64,000 nt of DNA from Gemmatimonadota bacterium (GTDB taxonomy: Bacteria; JBHIER01; G020348925): NCBI GenBank assembly GCA_020348925.1, contig CP070758.1, forward strand, positions 124,001 through 188,000, in the 5' to 3' direction. Under the pieces are notes generated by a model. The model did no database searches, was not told the DNA's origin, and saw nothing but the letters and a program-made list of their open reading frames with translations. Below are positions 9,796-16,861 of the stretch, one piece after another. The translations under genes were made by a program, and so were the position numbers. The first letter of the stretch is position 1. Each line of letters begins with the position of its first letter.

Positions 9796-9969
9796 TTTTA
9801 ACCTGGATAATTCATAAAACCACTGCAAACGCAACGTAACATGAATATATTTATGGAATTATAATGAACACTGGTTTTGAGCTTTGTTCCATAGTATCTC
9901 CCACAATTGTATACTCTGTCATTCCGGGTTTATCCCGGAATGACAGCTCATGAATAAACCAGGTTAAAA
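9796..9969. mobile_element. MITE-like element, copy 1 (20-bp imperfect TIRs, internal 13-bp perfect palindrome)
   Basis: TTTTAACCTGGATAATTCAT ... ATGAATAAACCAGGTTAAAA; homologous copy at 48246-48472. Confidence 0.65.
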
Positions 9970-10208
9970 GGTATGGTGAGTGGATGTGAGGGGGTACCCA
10001 AAACTCTTTCGGGTGGACGGCTTGTTATCCCATCATTAGGCAATATGTTAAAGCTTTCTGTTCTTAATTAATTTATTTTTAATAGCTTGCTTTATTAAGA
10101 AATAATGGTGAAGAACTTTTCATACCTACAAGCATAATTTTTATACATAAGTATTTTTGTAAAATATAATTATTTAGAAGAATAATATGAAATTATTCAA
10201 TAAAATAC

Positions 10209-10237
10209 TTGACAATTAGTGAAAAACTGTTTATTTT
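10209..10237 (+). promoter_or_regulatory. Sigma70-type promoter (RNA candidate A)
   Basis: TTGACA-N17-TATTTT preceded by a very AT-rich UP-like tract. Confidence 0.6.
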
Positions 10238-10243
10238 TTAAAA

Positions 10244-10461
10244 ACTGATATCAAACCCAGAATAGGTAGAGGAGCATTTTTGTCAAACTTGTGTCCATGC
10301 AGTTCATATTTCTTTGATCTTACAGCTACTGGGTAACGCACATCTTTAAGTCGTATAGTCTATAGTATAGATGGAGAGATGGTTGTCATTTCCGTCTTTT
10401 CCGATCAAGGTGAACAAGCCCCCATTTCGCCCATTTTCGAATGAGCGAGAGGGGGTTTTTT
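10244..10461 (+). ncRNA. Candidate structured ncRNA/leader A (paralog of 12306-12517)
   Basis: No long ORF between a consensus promoter and a terminator; ACCCAG/CTGGGT stem; motifs shared with copy B. Confidence 0.4.
10416..10461 (+). terminator. Rho-independent terminator
   Basis: AAGCCCCC...GGGGGTTTTTT hairpin. Confidence 0.65.
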
Positions 10462-10591
10462 ATTTAAAAAAGGATTCGAGGGTTCAAGGGGCCAAGGATT
10501 CAAGGGAAAACGGAAAGCGGAGAGTGGAAAGAGGCCGGTCCTGAATTGGAGGGAAAAATCAGACTGTAAGGATGCGACCCTAAATACCATC

Positions 10592-10779
10592 GTCCCCCCT
10601 ATCAAGAGGGGACCACAAAGGGGTGTTAGGAACAGGAGAGACATAACAGAGAGAAGATTAAAGATCAAAGATGTGACCCCAAAATAGACGACCAAATTAG
10701 TCCCCCCTATCAAGGGGGGACTGCAGGGGGGTGTTAGGAATCAAGCGGATGTACCAGAGAGAAGATTAAAGATCAAAGA
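10592..10779. repeat. Two ~80-bp direct repeats (period 108 bp) containing a REP-like GTCCCCCC..GGGGAC palindrome
   Basis: Units at 10592-10671 and 10700-10779 share GTCCCCCCTATCAAG, GGGGTGTTAGGAA and CAGAGAGAAGATTAAAGATCAAAGA. Confidence 0.85.
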
Positions 10780-10797
10780 CCTGTGGCATTTAACCGG

Positions 10798-10833
10798 AAG
10801 CCGCCGAGAGCGCCAACACTCGGCGGCTTTTTT
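10798..10833 (+). terminator. Terminator (twin of 11795-11825)
   Basis: AAGCCGCCGAG-loop-CTCGGCGGCTT plus T-run. Confidence 0.75.
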
Positions 10834-10851
10834 CATAAGAAGTTTCTATCT

Positions 10852-10984
10852 GTCATTGCGAGGAGGGCCAAATGATTGAGATTCCTCACTTCGTCGGAAC
10901 AATCTCTTCACCTCAAACGGCAGGACGAAGGGATCTCTTTGATGGGGTGAGATTGCTTCTCTCCTTTCAGTTGCTCGCAATGAC
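10852..10984. repeat. REP/RPE-like palindromic element
   Basis: Bounded by the inverted repeats GTCATTGCGAG ... CTCGCAATGAC; internal CAATCTC/GAGATTG pair. Confidence 0.6.
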
Positions 10985-11176
10985 TGGTGAGAAGATGGCG
11001 TGAGAACAGCCGTTCACCCCTACGGATGTTTTACGATCTCATGCGTTTCGTGAACATTCCTAAGGGGAAATACACGTTGACAAAGTCCCTTGATTTCGTT
11101 AGATTTAAGTGCTGTTGCCGTTGACAGAGAAATTTCTATTTTGTGCTCTTATCATACAGGCAGAGTGAATTTTTTC

Positions 11177-11205
11177 TTGACTTCTGGTGCTCATTGGTAT
11201 ACTAT
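11177..11205 (+). promoter_or_regulatory. Putative promoter of hicBA
   Basis: TTGACT-N17-TACTAT. Confidence 0.5.
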
Positions 11206-11243
11206 AAAGTTGGCCATTGAGATATCATGGAGGTACGAGAACA

Positions 11244-11504
11244 ATGCTGACAGAATATATCAACAAAGTTATGAAACGGGCGGTATATGAGAAACTGGAG
11301 GACGGGACCTACTGGGGTGAAATTCCTGTTTGTCCCGGAACGAATGCATGTAAGCCCACTCTCATCGAGTGTCAGGAGGAGCTTCGTTCTGTCCTTGAGG
11401 ATTGGATACTCCTGAGCTTGCAGGATGGCGATGAATTACCTGTAATAGATGGTATCGATTTGAACAGGAAGCCCAGGGATGAGCGAGAGGTGGTCTCCGT
11501 GTAA
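11244..11504 (+). CDS. hicB: HicB family antitoxin (short form)
   Basis: MLTEYINKVMKRAVYEKLEDGTYWGEIPVCPG...EELRSVLEDWILLSL..GDELPVIDGI is typical of HicB-like proteins. Confidence 0.85.
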   Translation: MLTEYINKVMKRAVYEKLEDGTYWGEIPVCPGTNACKPTLIECQEELRSVLEDWILLSLQDGDELPVIDGIDLNRKPRDEREVVSV

Positions 11505-11712
11505 GCGAAGAGATTTTATCTCAAAACTGAGGAAGCTCGGTTTCGCTGACCCACATCCGGGTGGCAAGCATCAATTCATGAGAATGAGTAATTATAAACA
11601 GTCAATACCTGGCGATTTTGAATATCCTGTGCCTCAATTGAGAAAATTGTTAAAACAGATAGAGGAAGCTCTCGGAAAGACAATTACAAGAGAGGAATGG
11701 AATCGATTGTGA
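11479..11712 (+). CDS. hicA: HicA family toxin
   Basis: PCKRRDFISKLRKLGF..P.PGGKHQFM (G-x-H motif); overlaps hicB. Confidence 0.85.
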   Translation: MSERWSPCKRRDFISKLRKLGFADPHPGGKHQFMRMSNYKQSIPGDFEYPVPQLRKLLKQIEEALGKTITREEWNRL

Positions 11713-11794
11713 TAGTATAAATGTTCTCCAGATATGTTGGGTGGATGCTGGAGGGAGTCCAACTCCCTCCCGATCATAGTGGATGGTGCTCGTT

Positions 11795-11825
11795 AGCCGC
11801 CGAGATTTCCCTCGGCGGCTTTTTT
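11795..11825 (+). terminator. Terminator downstream of hicBA
   Basis: AGCCGCCGAG-ATTTCC-CTCGGCGGCT plus TTTTT. Confidence 0.75.
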
Positions 11826-12271
11826 CGTTGGCAGTTACTGCCTGTCATTTATTTTATGCCTGTCATTGCTCGCCCCATTTAATAAGAGTGATTCAACAGG
11901 GCGGGGAGGGCCAGATGATTGAGCTTTCTCATTTCGTTGGGGCAGAAGTCGCCCGCCTGTCCTCCCGAACATACCGCACGCCACGCTGGGGGATGTGGGA
12001 GGGAGTCCAACCCCCGCCCGCGCAGACTGCCCTTGAGAGGATTGTGAATCACCGTCAGTCAAGCCGTGTCCCCTTGATATTTTAACCTACAATATAATTA
12101 AAAATTTATCTGTTATTATGTGCGTAGGGGCGCTGTCCACAGCGCGCCTCAAGCGTCACTTTTTGATCCCTTCGATTCTTGAACCGGAAGGTCAAGCATA
12201 AATCACTAATATATAATAAGTTATATTTGTTAATTTTTTTTAAAAAAATACGATTTTTTTTAAAAAAATGC

Positions 12272-12299
12272 TTGACATTTCTATATGACTTCGTATATT
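12272..12299 (+). promoter_or_regulatory. Sigma70-type promoter (RNA candidate B / secreted protein operon)
   Basis: TTGACA-N16-TATATT after an A/T-tract UP-like region. Confidence 0.6.
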
Positions 12300-12305
12300 G
12301 ACAAT

Positions 12306-12517
12306 AAAATATAAGCATATTGGGTAGGCGAGCCGAAAATTGCTTTGAACCTCTGAATCAATCCCAACATTTTTCTGCTCACCGGTCAGTGGCGAAGCCG
12401 TATTCATTAGAGAAATTACGCTTTCGTTTGAGAGGGGAGATGGCATATGCCATCTATCCGTCATTCTTAGAGACGTCCTTATATTGCTCGCGATGAGAGT
12501 GAGCGTGGGGGCGTTTT
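12306..12517 (+). ncRNA. Candidate structured leader RNA B ending in a terminator-like hairpin upstream of the 12656 gene
   Basis: GGTAGGCGAGC/GCTCACC pairing, AGATGGCA-TA-TGCCATCT hairpin, GACGTCCT...GGGGGCGTTTT hairpin. Confidence 0.4.
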
Positions 12518-12655
12518 ATAGTTTCAGGGGGAATATCAAGAGAAGGTAGGTGAACTATGAATCAACCGTTTCTTCATTTTGGTCGCGTCGAGATCAATAC
12601 GTGTTCTGATCATTACATCGGGTGTTGTACCCAAAATCGGAAGGGAGGAAGTCAA

Positions 12656-14650
12656 ATGAAGGCTTTGAAGATTGTTGTGACGGTTGCCCTGATGGGCGTT
12701 CTTTTCGGTGCTGTTTCGACCTTTGCGCAGCCTGACTGTGATCCATACACCATACCGAAGTCCGATAGCACATTCGCACCAGAGGTGCATCATCACCTGC
12801 TCAACTATCAGGGGAAATTGGTGGATTATCAAGGGAAGCTGGTCCATGACACACTGGCCATCACGTTCTCCATTTACGAAGACTCCACAGGCGGTCTTCC
12901 TCTATGGTGGGAGACGCAGCCCGCAGTAATCATATGGGGCGGTGTTTACAGTATCTTGCTGGGCAGCGTTACGCCGATGCCGGATACACTCTTCAAGAAT
13001 TTTCCGGTCGTGAACTGGTTCGATAGGTGGCTGGGCATCACGATTGGCTCGCAATCGGAGATGAAACCCAGGCAGCGTATCGCGATTGTCGGACACTCAA
13101 CCAATGCGGATATGCTTGACGGATTCCACTATTCGGCCGTCATGGAGGAGGTCAAGAGGCTGATAGAGGCCATGGACTGGGGTCGTCCGCAGCGGACCTG
13201 CAGCTTGTATGAGGGCAATTGTCTGCCGGATTGCGACACATTCAGGCCGCTGATCGATATCTATGTCAACGAGGTCGGTCCGGACACGATGGAATTTGAC
13301 GGTTCGACTCCGACATTTCAGGTTTTTAACGATGGTTCTGGAGATGCGGTCTACGGTGAGAGCTATGATGGATGTGGCGGTCACTTCACTTCTACCAACC
13401 ACTATGGTCTCTGCGCCAGCGGCAGTGGAGGCGGCACGAATGACGGGGCGGCGTATTTTGACGGGGATGTTCATGTAACAGGTAACGTGGGTATTGGCAC
13501 AGAGGCTTCGGCTAACTTTTTGGTGAGAGCCACAGATGGCACCAATGACCGTTTCACAGTGAGTAATAGCGGAAGGGTTTATATAAAGAGTAGTGTTACC
13601 GGGGATGATAATAATTCTGGAAGTTATGGACTGCAGCTTGATTCCCCAGATCAAGGCATGTTGATTCGGCTTGACGGCAACCATCCGGATGCAAGCCATA
13701 ATTATATCACTTTCGGCGGTAAAGTCGGCAGCAATTGGTATCCCATGGGTAGAATAGAAGGTCAAAATTGGAGTGACGTTCTAAGCGATCCATGGTATTT
13801 GTTGCATCTAGAACTTTTTGGTATTGATATGGGGCTAGCAGTAGCGGATGAAGTAGCTGCGGCGACCTCTACCACTTTTTGCGGAGGGCTTGGAGCCTGT
13901 GAGACTGTTCCTATTCCCTCTCTTATTGCGGCAGCGGCCGCAAATATTGCACTTGTCGGTACAAAAGAAGGTGTATTTCAGACTTTTTTATGGAAGAACT
14001 TAGGCGTAGCTTTTTCATCGGGAGCAGGTGATTATGCAGAATATCTGGAGCGACTGAACCCGGAAGAGGTGATCGAAGCGGGAGATATCGTCGGGGTGTT
14101 CGGAGGCAAAATAACGAAATCGATCCAGGGCGCCCATCAAATCCTGTGCGTATCAACAGCACCGATTGTCCTCGGCAATATGCCTGAAGAGGATAAGGAA
14201 CACCTGTATGAGAAGGTCTCATTTTTGGGTCAGGTTCCCGTCAAGGTTAATGGCGCTGTCAAGGAAGGGGACTACATCATTCCCTCCGGGTTTGATGATG
14301 GGACTGGCATAGCGGTTTCGCCAGAGTTGATGACGGCCGACGAATTTTCGAAGGTAGTGGGTCGGGCCTGGAGCTGTTCAAACAACCAATCCCTGAAGTG
14401 CGTCAATATGGCAATAGGACTGAACTCAGGGGATGTGGCAGCTATTGTGAAGAAACAGCAAAATGAAAATCAAGAAATCAGAGCGCAGTTGGAGTATCTG
14501 AGATCGCAAGTAGCCGAACTGAAGGTTTTGGATCAAAAGGTGGCCAAGTTGGAAGCAGCCCTGGAAAAGGTCTCCCCGCCTGGACCCGCTGAACAGGCTG
14601 CTTCGGCAACAGAAATGGTACAGGGCAACACGAAGGGTGATATGAAGTAG
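12656..14650 (+). CDS. Secreted tail-fibre-like protein with C-terminal intramolecular-chaperone/autocleavage (Peptidase G2/S74-like) domain and coiled coil
   Basis: Signal peptide MKALKIVV...AQ; LNYQGKL..ITFSIY..LWWETQ..WLGITI domain; GDYAEYL..GDIVGV..VSTAPIVLGN..GQVPVKV.G.VKEGDYII; RBS GGAGG (an alternative in-frame ATG lies at 12557). Confidence 0.7.
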   Translation: MKALKIVVTVALMGVLFGAVSTFAQPDCDPYTIPKSDSTFAPEVHHHLLNYQGKLVDYQGKLVHDTLAITFSIYEDSTGGLPLWWETQPAVIIWGGVYSILLGSVTPMPDTLFKNFPVVNWFDRWLGITIGSQSEMKPRQRIAIVGHSTNADMLDGFHYSAVMEEVKRLIEAMDWGRPQRTCSLYEGNCLPDCDTFRPLIDIYVNEVGPDTMEFDGSTPTFQVFNDGSGDAVYGESYDGCGGHFTSTNHYGLCASGSGGGTNDGAAYFDGDVHVTGNVGIGTEASANFLVRATDGTNDRFTVSNSGRVYIKSSVTGDDNNSGSYGLQLDSPDQGMLIRLDGNHPDASHNYITFGGKVGSNWYPMGRIEGQNWSDVLSDPWYLLHLELFGIDMGLAVADEVAAATSTTFCGGLGACETVPIPSLIAAAAANIALVGTKEGVFQTFLWKNLGVAFSSGAGDYAEYLERLNPEEVIEAGDIVGVFGGKITKSIQGAHQILCVSTAPIVLGNMPEEDKEHLYEKVSFLGQVPVKVNGAVKEGDYIIPSGFDDGTGIAVSPELMTADEFSKVVGRAWSCSNNQSLKCVNMAIGLNSGDVAAIVKKQQNENQEIRAQLEYLRSQVAELKVLDQKVAKLEAALEKVSPPGPAEQAASATEMVQGNTKGDMK

Positions 14651-14888
14651 CAAGGCGAAGGAATTGGGCACCAGATATCGAAAGTGTGTCGAAGGGACCA
14701 CTTCTGGCCACGAACAGACATGAAGGCTGTCCTCACACCAGCGGGAAAGTGGAAATGGAGGTGGAGTATATTCGGTTGGGTTAAAGGACTCGTTCTGAGC
14801 GAAGTCGAAGGGTCGAATGGAAGATCCGACATACGAGACGACAACTATCAGTATAAAGTCTTTGATATATGAGAAAAGGAGTACTACG

Positions 14889-15875
14889 ATGAAAGAGAAC
14901 TTGACATTGAAACTCACTTTATCATGTCTACTGATAATCTCATTTTTGATCGGTGTTTCGAGTGCACAATCATTCGATCCTCAATTTCAGGGCGGGTTCC
15001 CTGGGGGGATCGATTCGGGACCAGTCCCAGCACAAGACGGGGAGAGAATTAAAAAATCAAACATAGCGTCACAAACAGTCTGGCAATATGAGGCAACACC
15101 GGGAAAAGTTCCCGGTGAGATTATTACATCAAACGGTGTGAAGCTCTCTTCTGCCACATTTGATACAAACGGAAATACAATTGAGAAGACAGTATTTCAT
15201 CCCAATGGTAGTGTGAGTCTAGCATCACATTACGTATATGACAGCGAGGGGCTCCTGAGAGAGGCTTCGACGAGTTCATCCGATGAAAGTCATAATCAAA
15301 GATTGATTTATGAATATGACATCAACAATTGGCTGATTGAAGCAGTGAGTTACAAGCCGGACGGAAGTGTTAATGCTACTATGGAGTTCAAATATAATGA
15401 TACTGGAAAGCTATTAGAAACGTCTACGTCTACCCAGGATGGACGTGTCAACATAAAAGTAACTCATTATTATGACGCGGACGGAAAGATTGTTGAATCG
15501 ATTGGCTATGACAATGTAAAAGGGATGGTTTTAACAAGAAAAACGTATAACTATGGTCCAGACGGAATGGAAATGACAACTTTTAGACCGGACGGCAGCA
15601 TTGTGGGTAGAACAAAGAATATCTATGACAGTAGTGAAAATGTGATTGAAGCGATCTCTTTCAATTCAGAAGGAGAAGTGACGTCCCAAACAACCAATAC
15701 ATATGATAACAATGGAAAAACTATTGAAACCGTTACTTCTATTCCGTCTGTGAATATGAAAACAATGGCAACGTTCAAATATGATGCTGAAGGAAACCTG
15801 ATTGAACAAACCAATTATAACAAATTCAACGAGCCAGTTAAGGTTATGAGAAATGTTTATGAGTATTATGAATGA
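14889..15875 (+). CDS. Secreted YD/RHS-like repeat protein
   Basis: Signal peptide; about 10 repeats of Y-x-YD-x-x-G-x-(L/I)-(I/V)-E. Confidence 0.75.
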   Translation: MKENLTLKLTLSCLLIISFLIGVSSAQSFDPQFQGGFPGGIDSGPVPAQDGERIKKSNIASQTVWQYEATPGKVPGEIITSNGVKLSSATFDTNGNTIEKTVFHPNGSVSLASHYVYDSEGLLREASTSSSDESHNQRLIYEYDINNWLIEAVSYKPDGSVNATMEFKYNDTGKLLETSTSTQDGRVNIKVTHYYDADGKIVESIGYDNVKGMVLTRKTYNYGPDGMEMTTFRPDGSIVGRTKNIYDSSENVIEAISFNSEGEVTSQTTNTYDNNGKTIETVTSIPSVNMKTMATFKYDAEGNLIEQTNYNKFNEPVKVMRNVYEYYE

Positions 15876-16016
15876 TTTTGGCCAATGAATGGTGAAAAAA
15901 CGTAAGGAACAGGGTCAACCCTGTCCCTGCACCCCCGGATTGAAATATGAGCATTACAAAATTGAAAAGAATAAACTGCCCAATAAAATGAATGAATTCT
16001 CGTAAGGAGGTTACGT

Positions 16017-16761
16017 ATGAACAGGAAGACGATACCTATCGTCTCGGCAGGAAATATTGTTCTGCTGTTCTGCATAGCGATACACTTTACTACCAACCGG
16101 TGTGATGCCCAATGGTGGAGTTTTGACGGCAAGTATATGCTGACGACTTCGGTCTTCGGTGAGTTAAGTGGCGCATCACATTCTGAGACATACAGACTGA
16201 TCGTCACCTCTGGTGGGCAACCATCGGGCATAGGCTTTTCGTGGTTCGGACCGCACAGGAATTATGGAGGATATCTCTATACGTTGGGTTCACCCGACTT
16301 CACTGACATTCTTCCCGAGGATATTGATCCTTTCTATGGGAATCCTGATTTCTTCATTGAAGCCCTCCCGAAAGAGCGGACAATAGTGCACCCCGAGTCG
16401 CCGCTGAAAGGCTCGATGCTATTGGAGGGCGACTACAGCGAGACGGCGACCTATGAAGTCTGGGTCACTTCCATGAAAGGGTTCGATGATCCCGTGAATC
16501 TGAGCGTTTGCAACCTGTGCTGCGCTCTCAACACGTGCTTCGATCCGAATCCCATAACCCCTCCCCAGGCTGGAAAAGTGAGTTCAACATTGACCATGAG
16601 TGCTTCGGCTTCGACTGAGCTGGGAACGTATCCGCTGATCATTCTCGGAATGGACGATACCGGTATGCTTCATCACACGGCTGAAGTGAGATTGCATGTG
16701 ATAGACAAACCCGATTTCGCCCTTTCTGTAGCTCCTGATCCTTCGGTTGTCCTTCAGCGAG
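16017..16761 (+). CDS. Secreted protein with Ig-like domain(s), truncated by assembly gap
   Basis: Signal peptide; GFDDPVNLSV..PNPITPP..SSTLTMSAS..GTYPLIILG Ig-like motif; runs into the N gap. Confidence 0.6.
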
Positions 16762-16861
16762 NNNNNNNNNNNNNNNNNNNNNNNNNNNNNNNNNNNNNNN
16801 NNNNNNNNNNNNNNNNNNNNNNNNNNNNNNNNNNNNNNNNNNNNNNNNNNNNNNNNNNNNN
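16762..16861. other. Assembly gap (100 N)
   Basis: Run of N. Confidence 1.

Noticed and set aside
10255-10340. Resemblance of RNA A to c-di-AMP (ydaO) or lysine riboswitches (AGGTAGAGGAGC..ACAGCTA)
   Set aside because: The GGGG/CCC pairings and other core motifs are absent, and copy B lacks ACAGCTA; left unassigned pending cmscan
10592-10779. Possible mini-CRISPR array
   Set aside because: Only two units, the intervening sequences are themselves homologous, and no cas genes are present
10872-11003. Small ORF MIEIPHFVG... and its paralog MIELSHFVG... (~11915), each with an RBS-like GGAGG
   Set aside because: They lie within REP-like repeats and similarity ends after nine codons; better explained as repeat DNA
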